From Solirubrobacteraceae bacterium (GTDB lineage: Bacteria > Actinomycetota > Thermoleophilia > Solirubrobacterales > Solirubrobacteraceae): 47,697 nt of DNA. Below are positions 8,881-18,617 of this stretch, one piece after another (position 1 is the stretch's first letter; the number at the start of each line of letters is the position of its first letter). The notes below the pieces were generated by a model. That model was not told the origin of the DNA. It ran no database searches and worked only from the letters and a program-made list of their open reading frames with translations. The DNA lies in assembly GCA_035506775.1 (NCBI GenBank), contig DATJOU010000195.1:1-47697 (forward strand), given 5' to 3'. The translations under genes were made by a program, and so were the position numbers.

Positions 8881-9561
8881 GTGCACTCGCTGGCCCTGCA
8901 GCTGGCCCCCGTCCTGGCGGCCGAGAAGAGCAAGACCCCGTTCTACATCGTGGGCGGCCTGCTGGTGGTGTGGGCCTTCGGCCTCGCGCTGGGGATCGGA
9001 ACCTTGCGCCCCGACTTCCCCACCAACTCCCGCGGCGAGCGCCTGGTGATCTCGATCTCGGTGCTGCTCGTGGCCGGCACGCTGGCCGCCGCGATCCTGA
9101 CCTCGGGCAGCCCGGCGAAGACCGAACCCGCCGTGGCGGCGGCGCCCTCTGGTGAAACCACCCCGGCCGCCCCCAGCACCCCGGCGTCGACGACACCGGC
9201 GCGCACTACCTCCACCACGCGGACCCCCGGTAAAGCCCCCGGCGCCGCCACCAGCCCGACCACGCCGACGCCCAACTCGACCAAGCTCGCGCTCGCCGCG
9301 AACCCCGCCGGGCAGCTCGCCTACAACACCAAGCTGCTGAGCGCCAAGGCCGGCTCGGTGACGATCTCGATGACCAACATGAGCCCTCTCGAACACAATG
9401 TCACGATCGCCGAAGGCTCGAAGGTGCTGGGCGCCACCCCCACCTTCAAAGGCGGGACCAAGTCGATCACGCTCAACCTCAAGCCGGGGAAATACGTGTT
9501 CTACTGCTCGGTCCCGGGCCACCGCGCGGCCGGGATGGAAGGCACGCTGGTGGTCAAATGA
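8881..9561 (+). CDS. Membrane-anchored cupredoxin (plastocyanin/azurin-like type-1 copper protein)
   Basis: Two N-terminal TM helices, T/P linker, EHNV and YCSVPGHRAAGM copper ligands. Confidence 0.87.
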   Translation: MHSLALQLAPVLAAEKSKTPFYIVGGLLVVWAFGLALGIGTLRPDFPTNSRGERLVISISVLLVAGTLAAAILTSGSPAKTEPAVAAAPSGETTPAAPSTPASTTPARTTSTTRTPGKAPGAATSPTTPTPNSTKLALAANPAGQLAYNTKLLSAKAGSVTISMTNMSPLEHNVTIAEGSKVLGATPTFKGGTKSITLNLKPGKYVFYCSVPGHRAAGMEGTLVVK

Positions 9562-9851
9562 GGCTGTTCGTCTGCTGGGGCACGTTTCCCACGCCCCGCC
9601 CGGGCGGGCACCCCTGTGCCAACGCCTACCACGCCCTGCGCGATGCCGGCTACGAGCCGGAGGTCGTGAAGGCCTACGGGCTCGGAGTGCTGCCGGGGGT
9701 CTTCAACCAGACCAGCGGACGGCGGGAGGTCCAGGAGCTGACCGGCAACCGCATGGTCCCGACGCTCGTGCTCGACGACGGCACCGTGATCGACGACTCG
9801 AAGGCGATCGTCGACTGGGCCCGCGCGCACCCGGCGAACGCCGCCGCGTAG
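9558..9851 (+). CDS. Glutaredoxin / GST N-terminal domain protein
   Basis: [31 protein letters not shown] thioredoxin fold; ATGA overlap. Confidence 0.82.
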   Translation: MRLFVCWGTFPTPRPGGHPCANAYHALRDAGYEPEVVKAYGLGVLPGVFNQTSGRREVQELTGNRMVPTLVLDDGTVIDDSKAIVDWARAHPANAAA

Positions 9852-9980
9852 CTCACGGTCGGCCGTCCCCGCGCTGCGTGCCAGCGCCAGCACGAGCATC
9901 GCCCAGAAGGCCAGCAGCGCGACCGCGGCGGCCAGCAGATAGTTCGACACGCCTATGGGTGAGGCTTTCTGCGCCCGCCC

Positions 9981-10748
9981 TCACGCTCCTTCCGGCACCT
10001 CCGTGGCGGTCCGCCACGAGAACATCACCGCCGCCACGGCCGTGGCCAGGTTCAGGCTCGAGACGCCGTCGCGCATCGGGATCCGGATCAGCTGCCGGGC
10101 CCGCGAGGCCAGCTCGTCGCTGAGGCCGTGGCGCTCGGTGCCGAAGGCGAGCACCGAACGGGGGGGCAGCGCCCGCGCGTCGAACGGGGTGCCGTCGGGG
10201 TCGAGAGCCAGCAGCGGCCGCTCGCCGCCGGCGAGCTGCTCCGTTCCCTCCAGCCGCGCCACCGGCAGTGCGAAGTGCAGCCCGGCGGCTCCCCGGAGCG
10301 CGTCCGGGTGCCACGGGTCGTGGGTACCCGTCGTCAGCACCCCAGCCGCGTCGGCGGCCGCGGCCACGCGTATGCAGGCGCCCATGTTGCCGAGGTCGCG
10401 GGGATCCTCGAGCAGGATCACCGGCGCTGGGTGGGGGCCCGCGAGGATCTCCGCCGGGGTCCGCTGCGGCCGCTCGGCGATCGCCATCACGGGCGTGCTC
10501 GGGGCCAGCGGCGCGAGCTGGTCGAACAGCTGCCGTTCGACCACCCGCGCCTCGGCCAGCCTGGGACCGAGGTCCGGGGCGAGCGCGTCGGCCAGGCGGC
10601 CCAGCTCCCGCGGGTCGCTCGTCACCAGCAGCTCGATCGTGGCACCGAACCTGAGCGCGTGCTTGACGGCGTGGAATCCTTCGAGCACGGCCAGCCCTCC
10701 GTCGCGCCGGGCGCGGCCGAAACGGGGGATCAGCGGACCGTCCTTCAC
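9981..10748 (-). CDS. TrmH/SpoU family RNA methyltransferase
   Basis: LEDPRDLGNMGACIR, FGTERHGLS, IPMRDGVSSLNLATA SPOUT motifs. Confidence 0.92.
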   Translation of the reverse strand: MKDGPLIPRFGRARRDGGLAVLEGFHAVKHALRFGATIELLVTSDPRELGRLADALAPDLGPRLAEARVVERQLFDQLAPLAPSTPVMAIAERPQRTPAEILAGPHPAPVILLEDPRDLGNMGACIRVAAAADAAGVLTTGTHDPWHPDALRGAAGLHFALPVARLEGTEQLAGGERPLLALDPDGTPFDARALPPRSVLAFGTERHGLSDELASRARQLIRIPMRDGVSSLNLATAVAAVMFSWRTATEVPEGA

Positions 10749-10835
10749 GGGCCGATCATTCCAGCCCGGGCGCGCCCGGCGGCCTCTCGGGGCCGCCTGA
10801 TGACGGCCCGTGCGCGAGTACTAGAGTTGGCCGCG

Positions 10836-11768
10836 ATGAAGCTCGAGGGCGTCCACCACATCACCGCGATCACCGCCGACGCCCCCCGCAACGTCGAGTT
10901 CTACACGGGCCTGCTCGGCCTGCGGATGGTCAAGCGCACCGTCAACCAGGACGACCCCACCGTCTACCACCTCTTCTACGGCGACGAGGACGGCTCCCCG
11001 GGGATGGACCTCACCTTCTTCGAGTACCCGGGTGCCGCTCCCGGACGGGCCGGGGACGGGATGGTCCACCGCATCCTGTGGAGGGTGGGCTCACACGACA
11101 CGCTCGGCTTCTGGCAGGAGCGCCTGGCGGCCGCCGACGTGAGCACCCGCAGCGGCGAGGGCGGGCTGGTGTTCGCCGACCCCGAGGGTCTCGAGCACGA
11201 GCTGGTCCTCAGCGACGCCCCCGACCCCCCGCTGAGGGCGGACTCGCCGGAGATCCCCGCCGAGCACGCGCTGCTGGGCTTCGAGGGCGCCCGTGCCTAC
11301 GCGAGCGACCCCGGCCGCAGCGAGGCCTTCCTCGAGGGGGCGCTCGGGTTCGAACCCGACGGCGAGGGCCGCTGGACGGTCCGCGGACCCCACCGGGGCG
11401 GCACCTGGGTGTACGACGCCCCGCCCCCGGGAGCCCCGGTGCAGGGTGCCGGCAGCGTCCACCACATCGCCTTCGCCTCGCCGCCGGACGAGCAGGACGC
11501 CTGGCGGGGGCGGGCGCTGGAGGCGGGAGCCCACGCGACGCCCGTGATCGACCGCTTCTACTTCCGCTCGGTCTACTTCCGCGAGCCCAGCGGGGTGTTG
11601 TTCGAGATCGCCACGATCGGCCCCGGCTTCGCCGTCGACGAGGACGAGGCCCACCTCGGCGAGCGGCTCTCGCTACCGCCCAAGTTCGAGCCGCTGCGGG
11701 AGCAGCTGCAGGACACGCTCACGCCGCTGTCCTACCCGCCCGCCTGGCGGCTGGCGGCCCGCGCCTGA
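10836..11768 (+). CDS. VOC-family ring-cleaving dioxygenase (MhqO-like)
   Basis: GVHHITAI, KRTVNQDDPTVYHLFYGD, GSVHHIAF, DRFYFRSVYFREPSGVLFEIAT. Confidence 0.92.
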   Translation: MKLEGVHHITAITADAPRNVEFYTGLLGLRMVKRTVNQDDPTVYHLFYGDEDGSPGMDLTFFEYPGAAPGRAGDGMVHRILWRVGSHDTLGFWQERLAAADVSTRSGEGGLVFADPEGLEHELVLSDAPDPPLRADSPEIPAEHALLGFEGARAYASDPGRSEAFLEGALGFEPDGEGRWTVRGPHRGGTWVYDAPPPGAPVQGAGSVHHIAFASPPDEQDAWRGRALEAGAHATPVIDRFYFRSVYFREPSGVLFEIATIGPGFAVDEDEAHLGERLSLPPKFEPLREQLQDTLTPLSYPPAWRLAARA

Positions 11769-11770
11769 GC

Positions 11771-12553
11771 GTGCTCCGCCTGGTCACGATCCCGATCAGC
11801 CATTACTGCGAGAAGGCGCGCTGGGCGCTCGACCGGGCCGGCCTGTCCTATCGCGAAGAGCGCCACGTGCAGGGAATCCACATGCTGGCCGCTCGCCGTG
11901 CCGGAGGTGGTCGCACGACGCCGGTCCTGGTGACCCCGCAGGAGTCGATCGGCGAGTCGGCCCAGATCCTCGAGTGGGTGGACCGGCGCACCGAGACCTC
12001 GCGGCGGCTGTTCCCGGACACGGCGGCTGGGCGCAGGGAGGTGCTGTCGCTGTGCGGCCGCTTCGACGAGCTGCTGGGGCCCTCGGGGAGGCGCCTGGCA
12101 TACGTCCACATGTTCGGCCAGCGCGAGCTGATGCTGCGCTTCAACGACCAGGGCGTCCCCGTCTGGGAGGACCGCCTGCTGCGTCTGGGGCTGCCACTGT
12201 TCAAGCGCCTCATCTCCCGGGTCCTGGAGATCCGCCCCGGCGTCGAGCGGGAGGACGAGACGGTCGTCTGGCGGGAGCTCGGCCACGTCGCCGAGCTGCT
12301 GTCCGACGGCCGCCGGTACCTGTGCGGTGAGGACTTCACGGCCGCCGACCTCACGCTCGCGGCGCTCTGCGCCCCGGTGCTGATGCCCCCTGGTTACGGC
12401 GTGCCGCTCCCGCAACCCGAGATCCTCCCCGAGCAGACCGCCCGCCTGGTGCGGCGGGTCCGCGAGCATCCGGCCGGGGCGCACGCGCTGCGGATGTACG
12501 CCGAGCACCGCGCCTGCACGTCTGGCGCCGGCGCGGCGGCGGTCGCGCGGTAG
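11771..12553 (+). CDS. Glutathione S-transferase family protein
   Basis: ISHYCEKARWALD, TTPVL, ESAQIL, YLCGEDFTAADLT; start GTG 11771 or in-frame CTG 11765 overlapping the upstream stop. Confidence 0.88.
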   Translation: MLRLVTIPISHYCEKARWALDRAGLSYREERHVQGIHMLAARRAGGGRTTPVLVTPQESIGESAQILEWVDRRTETSRRLFPDTAAGRREVLSLCGRFDELLGPSGRRLAYVHMFGQRELMLRFNDQGVPVWEDRLLRLGLPLFKRLISRVLEIRPGVEREDETVVWRELGHVAELLSDGRRYLCGEDFTAADLTLAALCAPVLMPPGYGVPLPQPEILPEQTARLVRRVREHPAGAHALRMYAEHRACTSGAGAAAVAR

Positions 12554-12565
12554 GCCGGCAGGACG

Positions 12566-14044
12566 GTGGGCGCCTCCGAGGAGCACCAGGCCGGGACCCC
12601 GTACCTCGACGCCCTCCGTGAGTACGCGGGGCGCGACCCGGCCCGGCTGCACGTCCCCGGCCACAAGGGCGGACAGGGGGCCGACGAGGGTCTGCTGGAG
12701 GCCCTCGGCGAGCGCGCCCTGGCACTCGACATCCCCGCCCTCACCTACGGCGTGGACCTCGGCCCGGAGCCGAATCCGTTCGCCCGGGCGCAGACGCTGG
12801 CGGCCGAGGCGTGGGGGGCGGCGAGGGCCTGGTTCCTCGTCAACGGTGCCTCCCAGGGAAACCTCGCGGCGGGCCTGGCGTTGGCTCACCGGGGCGAGCA
12901 GGTGGTCGTCCAGCGCAACGCCCACTCGAGCACGATCGACGCGCTCGTGCTGTCCGGGATGCGGCCCACGTTCGCGGCCCCGGAGCTCGACCCCGAGCTC
13001 GGGATCGCCCACTGCCTGAACCCCGAGACGCTGCGCCGGGCGCTCGAGCTGACGCCCGACGCCGCCGGGGCCTGGATCGTCTCGCCGACCTACTTCGGAG
13101 CGGTCGCGGACGTGCGCACGCTGGCCGGGATCGCGCACGAGCGGGGTGTGCCGCTGATCGTGGACGAGGCCTGGGGGGCCCACCTCGCCTTCCACGAGCG
13201 GCTACCCGAGCACGCCCTCGCGGCCGGGGCGGACCTCGTGATCTCGAGCACCCACAAGATCGTCGGCAGCCTCACCCAGTCGGCCATGCTCCACCTCGCG
13301 GCCGGCTCGCTGATGAACGAGCAGGAGGTCGACCGGGCGGTCACCCTGACCGAGTCCACCAGCCCCAGCTCGCTGCTGCTGGCCTCGCTCGACGCCGCCC
13401 GCCGGGCCGCCGTGACCGGGGGCCGCGCCCACCTCTCGCGGACGATGGACGCACTCGCGCGGGCACGCGCCGAGATCCGCACGATCGAGGGGCTCGACGT
13501 GCTCGACGAGCGCCTCGTGGGGCGCCCCGGGGTGTTCGCCTACGACCCCCTGCGGTTGGCGATCGACGTCCGCGGGGTGGCCGCCAGCGGCTACGAGCTG
13601 GCACCGCTGCTGCGGGAGCTCGACGACATCAACCTCGAGCTGTACGGCCAGAACGTGCTCGTCGCCGTGTTCGGGATGGCCGAGCGCTCCCTCACCGAGG
13701 CCGGTCGCCTCGTCCGTGCCCTGAGCGCGGCCGTGGCGAAGGTCGGGGTCGAACCGGCCGGGCTGCACACGAGCTTCGCCGACGCGCCTCCGTGGGGGGA
13801 ACTGGCGATGACCCCCCGCGCCGCCTATCTCGGACCCCAGGAGGTGGTCCCCGCCGAGCACGCCGCCGGCAGGATCGCCGCCGAGTCGCTGGCCACCTAC
13901 CCGCCGGGGATACCCAACGTGCTCCCCGGCGAGCGTCTCACGACCGAGACCCTGGCGTACATCCGCAGCGCGCTGGAGCAGGGGGGGAGCGTGCGGGGAG
14001 CCAGCGACCGCCTGCTGCACACGGTGCGGGTGGTCGTCGAGTGA
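12566..14044 (+). CDS. Orn/Lys/Arg decarboxylase (PLP fold I)
   Basis: LHVPGHKGG, FLVNGAS, VDEAWGAH, SSTHK (PLP lysine), STSPSS, YPPGIP. Confidence 0.92.
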   Translation: MGASEEHQAGTPYLDALREYAGRDPARLHVPGHKGGQGADEGLLEALGERALALDIPALTYGVDLGPEPNPFARAQTLAAEAWGAARAWFLVNGASQGNLAAGLALAHRGEQVVVQRNAHSSTIDALVLSGMRPTFAAPELDPELGIAHCLNPETLRRALELTPDAAGAWIVSPTYFGAVADVRTLAGIAHERGVPLIVDEAWGAHLAFHERLPEHALAAGADLVISSTHKIVGSLTQSAMLHLAAGSLMNEQEVDRAVTLTESTSPSSLLLASLDAARRAAVTGGRAHLSRTMDALARARAEIRTIEGLDVLDERLVGRPGVFAYDPLRLAIDVRGVAASGYELAPLLRELDDINLELYGQNVLVAVFGMAERSLTEAGRLVRALSAAVAKVGVEPAGLHTSFADAPPWGELAMTPRAAYLGPQEVVPAEHAAGRIAAESLATYPPGIPNVLPGERLTTETLAYIRSALEQGGSVRGASDRLLHTVRVVVE

Positions 14045-14081
14045 TTACACTCGCCGCGCCCAGCGATCCACGGGAGGTCCG

Positions 14082-14975
14082 ATGCGCGCAGTGGTGATCC
14101 ACGAAACAGGAGACGTCGACGTGCTGCGCCTGGAGGACGTCGAGCAACCGGTGCCGGGCGACGGCGAGGTGCTCGTCCGCGTCCGCGCCGCCTCCGTCAA
14201 CCCGATCGACTGGAAGCTGCGACGGGGGCTGATGCCCAAGCAGCTCCCGGCGATCCTCGGCAGCGACGCCTCGGGCGTGGTCGAGGCCTCCAACGCCGAA
14301 GGCTTCAGCGCGGGCGAAGAGGTGTTCGGGTTCCTCGGCAGCGGCTCCTACGCGGAGTTCGGAATCGGGGTCCCGGCCACGCTCGCCCACAAGCCCGACC
14401 ACCTCTCCCACGAGCAGGCGGCCGCGATGCCCGTCGCCGTGCTCACGGCCTGGCAGGCGCTGTTCGAGCGGGGCGGCCTGCAGGAGGGCCAGACGGTGCT
14501 CGTCAGCGGCGCCTCGGGTGGGGTCGGGCACCTCGCCGTGCAGCTGGCCGCCAACGCCGGAGCGCAGGTGCTGGGCACCGGCTCGCCCGCCAGCCGCGAG
14601 TTCGTCCTCGGGCTGGGGGCCGAGCGCTTCATCGACTACACCAGCGAAGACGTCGCCACCGCCGCCGAGGGGGTGGACCTCGTGTTCGACGTCACCGGCC
14701 ACGACACCGACAAGCTGCTGCAGACGATCCGCCCCGGGGGCAGGATGGTGCTGATCGCGGGCGCCCCACCCGCGGGGGCGGCGGAGCGTGACGTGGACGC
14801 CGAGCTGCTGATCATGAGCCCCGACTCCGCCACGCTCGAGCGACTCGCGGTGCTCGTCGCGGACGAGGTGATCAGGGTGGCGCTGGACGAGGTCATGCCG
14901 CTGCAGGACGTGCAGCGCGCGCACGCTCTCAGCGAGGCCGGTCACGTGCGTGGGAAGATCGTCCTGACCCTCTGA
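14082..14975 (+). CDS. NADP-dependent oxidoreductase (MDR/quinone oxidoreductase-like)
   Basis: AASVNPIDWK, GASGGVG, GHVRGKIVL; GGGAGG SD. Confidence 0.92.
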   Translation: MRAVVIHETGDVDVLRLEDVEQPVPGDGEVLVRVRAASVNPIDWKLRRGLMPKQLPAILGSDASGVVEASNAEGFSAGEEVFGFLGSGSYAEFGIGVPATLAHKPDHLSHEQAAAMPVAVLTAWQALFERGGLQEGQTVLVSGASGGVGHLAVQLAANAGAQVLGTGSPASREFVLGLGAERFIDYTSEDVATAAEGVDLVFDVTGHDTDKLLQTIRPGGRMVLIAGAPPAGAAERDVDAELLIMSPDSATLERLAVLVADEVIRVALDEVMPLQDVQRAHALSEAGHVRGKIVLTL

Positions 14976-14976
14976 G

Positions 14977-14998
14977 AAGGGCCCTCGCGGGCCCTTTT
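14977..14998 (+). terminator. Intrinsic terminator
   Basis: AAGGGCCC-tcgc-GGGCCCTT hairpin ending in TTTT directly after the stop at 14975. Confidence 0.7.
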
Positions 14999-15187
14999 GG
15001 CGATGCTCGCTGTTTGCATCAGATTTGTTCGGCCAGCTCGTGTTAGTCCTCGCTGATTCCGGGAAAACGAACGGACGCTCCCGCCGCGTGCGAGTACTAC
15101 TGTGGTCGTGGGGCCGCGCGTCGTGGGCTTCGGAAGGCCGCTCGCGTGCATGCAAGCGACTGTCCGACGATTCGGGCCTTTATCTAG

Positions 15188-16438
15188 ATGAGCTTCAGCA
15201 CAGAGCAGGAGTACCGATCCCGCGAGGACGGGGTGCTGCTCACCGGTGCTACGGGGTTCCTGGGGATGGAGATCCTCGCGCGCTACCTCGAGCACACCGA
15301 CCGGCCCGTGTACGCGCTGGTGCGCGCCAGCGACCAGGGCGTGGCGACCCGTCGCCTGCGCCGCACGCTGCACTGCCTGTTCGGGTCCGGTCACCCCTAC
15401 GGCGAACGCGTGGTCGCGGTTCGCGGCGACGTCACCAAGGAGGGTCTCGGGCTCGGCCGCCAGGCGTGGCCGCTGGCTGACCGCATCGACGAGATCATCC
15501 ACGGCGCCGCATCGGTGTCCTTCGAGCTGCCGCTGGCGGGCTCGCGGGCGATCAACGTCGGCGGCACCCGCCGGGTGCTCGAGTTCGCCGAGCTGTGCCA
15601 CGGCTCCGGGGCCGGCCTGCGGCGCTTCACCTACCTCTCCACGGCGTATGTGGCGGGGGAGCACGCCGGCACCTTCAGCGAGGACGACCTCGACGTCGGC
15701 CAGCGGTTCCGCAACCCGTACGAGCGCTCCAAGTTCGAAGCGGAGGGGATCGTCAAACGGTGGCGCTCGCGGATGCCGGTCACGGTCGTGCGCCCGAGCA
15801 TCGTGGTGGGCGAGCAGGACAGCGGCTGGACCCCGACCTTCAACGTCATCTACTGGCCCCTGCGGGCCTTCTCGCGGGGTGCCTACCGGGTGATACCGGC
15901 ACGCGCCTCGGCCCCCGTGGACGTCGTGCCGGTGGACTACGTGGCCGACGCCACCTTCGCCCTCAGCCAGGCTCCGCACGCGGTCGGGGCGACCCTTCAC
16001 CTCACTGCGGGCCGCCACACCAGCACTGTCGGCGAACTGGTCGAGCTGGCGCGGATCTTCTTCGCCCGCCCCGCCCCCCGGCTGCTCGAGCCGGAGCTCT
16101 ACCGGCGGGTCGTGCACCCGGTGATGGTGCGTGCCTCCCGCGACGAGCGCCTGCGCCGGGCGCTGCGGCGCAGCGAGATCTTCTTCCCCTACTTCGACGC
16201 CCGCGTGCGCTACGACGACCGCCGCACGCGGGCGCTGTTGCACGGAAGCGGCATCGAGCCGCCGCCCCTGTACGAGTACTTCGACCGCCTGATCGCCTTC
16301 GCCACGGCGGCCGAATGGGGCAAGCGCGACCTTCCCCGGGCGGGGCTCTCCGTGGGGCGCCCGCCGACCCACCGCCGCCTGCCGGAGGAAGGGCCCGAGC
16401 GGTGGCTGCGGACGGCCCAGCGGCCGCTGTTCGCCTGA
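15188..16438 (+). CDS. Extended SDR, fatty acyl-CoA reductase / thioester reductase (male-sterility domain)
   Basis: LTGATGFLG, IIHGAASVSF, YLSTAYVAG, PYERSK, VRPSIVVG. Confidence 0.85.
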   Translation: MSFSTEQEYRSREDGVLLTGATGFLGMEILARYLEHTDRPVYALVRASDQGVATRRLRRTLHCLFGSGHPYGERVVAVRGDVTKEGLGLGRQAWPLADRIDEIIHGAASVSFELPLAGSRAINVGGTRRVLEFAELCHGSGAGLRRFTYLSTAYVAGEHAGTFSEDDLDVGQRFRNPYERSKFEAEGIVKRWRSRMPVTVVRPSIVVGEQDSGWTPTFNVIYWPLRAFSRGAYRVIPARASAPVDVVPVDYVADATFALSQAPHAVGATLHLTAGRHTSTVGELVELARIFFARPAPRLLEPELYRRVVHPVMVRASRDERLRRALRRSEIFFPYFDARVRYDDRRTRALLHGSGIEPPPLYEYFDRLIAFATAAEWGKRDLPRAGLSVGRPPTHRRLPEEGPERWLRTAQRPLFA

Positions 16439-17790
16439 TGGCGCGCCTGTCGGGACTGGACGCCTCCTTCCTCGCGGTAGAGACCCCGGCCGCCCACATG
16501 CACGTCGGCTGGGTGGCGGTGTTCTCCGGCCACCAGGGCGAGCCGCTGCCGTCGTTCGGGGAGCTGCGGGAGCACATCGAGCGGCGCCTGGTGCGGGCCC
16601 CCCGCTACCGCCAGAAGCTCGCCCCGGTGCCGTTCAACCTCAACGCCCCGGAGTGGATCGACGACGAGAGCTTCGGCATCGAGCGCCACCTGTACTGGGC
16701 CCCGGGACCGCTTCCGGGGCTGGTGGACGAAGTCATGTCGATGCCCCTGCGCCGCGACCGGCCGCTGTGGGAGATGTGGATCTGCCAGGAACCGGAGGAC
16801 AACCGCTTCGCCCTCATCGGCAAGGCCCACCACTGCATGGTCGACGGGATCGCGGCGGTCGAGCTCGGCTCGCTGCTGCTCGACACCACGCCCGAGGCGG
16901 ACGCGCCCCCGGCGGAGTCGTGGTGCCCGGAGCCGGAACCCGGCGGCGAGCGGCTGCTGGTCAGGGGACTGCGCGACCTGCTGGCCGCCGAGGCGGCCCT
17001 GCTGCGGGCGCCCGTGAGGGTCGCCGCATCGCCCGCCCGGGCGGCCCGCTCGGTCGCCGGCGGGGCGGCCCGCGTGACGCGGGCGGTGGGTCACTCGCTG
17101 CTCAGCGGGGCCCCCTCGAGCGCGCTCAACCGCTCGCTCTCGCCGCTGCGCCGCCTGGCCTGGGCCGAGCGCCCGCTCGAGGACCTGAGCCGCATCAAGC
17201 AGGCCTACGGGACCACGATCAACGACGTCATGCTGGCGGCGGTCGCGGGCGGCATGAGGACCTACCTGGCCGAGCACGGCGAGGAGCCGGTGGCGCTGAA
17301 GGCGATGGTGCCGGTCAGCGTCCGCAGCGACGACGACGTGCTGGGCAACCACATCTCGTTCGTGTTCGCCGAGCTCCCGTGTGACCTCCCGGACCCGCTC
17401 AGCCGGCTGTTCCGGGTCCACGACACGATGAGCTCGCGCAAGCAGCACCGCGAGCCCGAGGGCGCGGACCTCGCGCTGAAGGCGGCCGAACTGGGCCCGG
17501 GGATCGTCCAGAGCGCGTTCTCGCGCGTGATCGCCAGCCCCCGCACGTACAACCTGGTGGTGTCGAACATCCCGGGACCTCCGGTGCCGATGTACATGCG
17601 CGGGTGCCGCCTCGAGTCGGTCTACCCGGTCGTTCCCCTGTCCGACCGCCACCGCGTCTCGATCGGCATGACGACGGTCTGCCGGCGGGCGTGCTTCGGC
17701 GTCTATGCCGACCGCGAGGCGCTACCGGACGCGCACATGCTGGCCCACGACATCGACGTGGCGATCAGCGAGCTGCTGGCCTGCACCTAG
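16438..17790 (+). CDS. Wax ester synthase / diacylglycerol acyltransferase (WS/DGAT)
   Basis: RLSGLDASFL, HMHVG, RPLWEMW, HHCMVDG catalytic motif, TINDV, SNIPGP; TGATG overlap. Confidence 0.93.
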   Translation: MARLSGLDASFLAVETPAAHMHVGWVAVFSGHQGEPLPSFGELREHIERRLVRAPRYRQKLAPVPFNLNAPEWIDDESFGIERHLYWAPGPLPGLVDEVMSMPLRRDRPLWEMWICQEPEDNRFALIGKAHHCMVDGIAAVELGSLLLDTTPEADAPPAESWCPEPEPGGERLLVRGLRDLLAAEAALLRAPVRVAASPARAARSVAGGAARVTRAVGHSLLSGAPSSALNRSLSPLRRLAWAERPLEDLSRIKQAYGTTINDVMLAAVAGGMRTYLAEHGEEPVALKAMVPVSVRSDDDVLGNHISFVFAELPCDLPDPLSRLFRVHDTMSSRKQHREPEGADLALKAAELGPGIVQSAFSRVIASPRTYNLVVSNIPGPPVPMYMRGCRLESVYPVVPLSDRHRVSIGMTTVCRRACFGVYADREALPDAHMLAHDIDVAISELLACT

Positions 17791-18527
17791 CCCGACGGAC
17801 GCACCCGCAGTTCCCCGATGCAGGCTTTCTGGGCTTCCCGCAGCTGGGGGGTGGGCTTGACCGCGCTCGACGGGTACAGCGGGCCCTTGCCGGAGGTGTT
17901 GGCCTCGGGGAAGTCGGGGACCCCGTGGGTGCGCATGCAGCTGGTGAAGCGGACCAGCGCCTGGCGGTAGGAGGGCTGGGCGAGCAGCCGCCGGCGCACC
18001 GCCGAGGTCCGGGGGCCACGCCGCGCCGACTTCAGCGGCGTGGCGCAGTGCGCCAGGGCGGCGTTCAGCTGCGCCCTGGTGGGCGCCTTGCCGGAGGAGC
18101 GCGACTTGATCCCGTTGCGTTCCAGGCACCGTCTTACGCCCGAGGCTTCGGGCGACGTCGGCGCCGGGGGGACGCCCCCCGTAGGGCTCTTGCCGCTCGA
18201 CGTGGCAGCGCCTGAGGTCGTGCTCGAGTGACCGGCACCGGTTCGCTTCGGCTGGGCCGGCCCGGCCGTCCTGCTGCTCGTCGCTCCGGTGGTGCCGCTG
18301 CTGGAGCCCGCGCCGGCGCCCGTGGATGTGGTGGCGGGGTTCGCGGCCACGCTCGTGGTGGTGGAGGACTTGGAGCCCCCGCACGCCACCAGCACGACGG
18401 CGCACAACAGCAGCAGCGCCGCCGCCGCGAGCGGCGCGGTCGGGCGTGGGTTCTTGACGGCTGGCGGTCCGGACATCGCGATGGGAGGGTACCCGCCCCC
18501 GCTCGTGTACCGGCGGGGGGCGGACAT
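17787..18527 (-). CDS. Putative lipoprotein
   Basis: Hydrophobic stretch then LVAC-GG lipobox, S/T/G linker, FTSCMRTHGVPDFP motif typical of actinobacterial lipoproteins; start uncertain. Confidence 0.75.
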   Translation of the reverse strand: MSAPRRYTSGGGYPPIAMSGPPAVKNPRPTAPLAAAALLLLCAVVLVACGGSKSSTTTSVAANPATTSTGAGAGSSSGTTGATSSRTAGPAQPKRTGAGHSSTTSGAATSSGKSPTGGVPPAPTSPEASGVRRCLERNGIKSRSSGKAPTRAQLNAALAHCATPLKSARRGPRTSAVRRRLLAQPSYRQALVRFTSCMRTHGVPDFPEANTSGKGPLYPSSAVKPTPQLREAQKACIGELRVRPSG

Positions 18528-18617
18528 GATTCACGCGCCGGATAACCCGCAGATAAGCGAGCGGCGGGGCGGGGGCCCCGGCAGGATCGCCCCGGCGGGC
18601 GGCGAACTCCTACGCCG

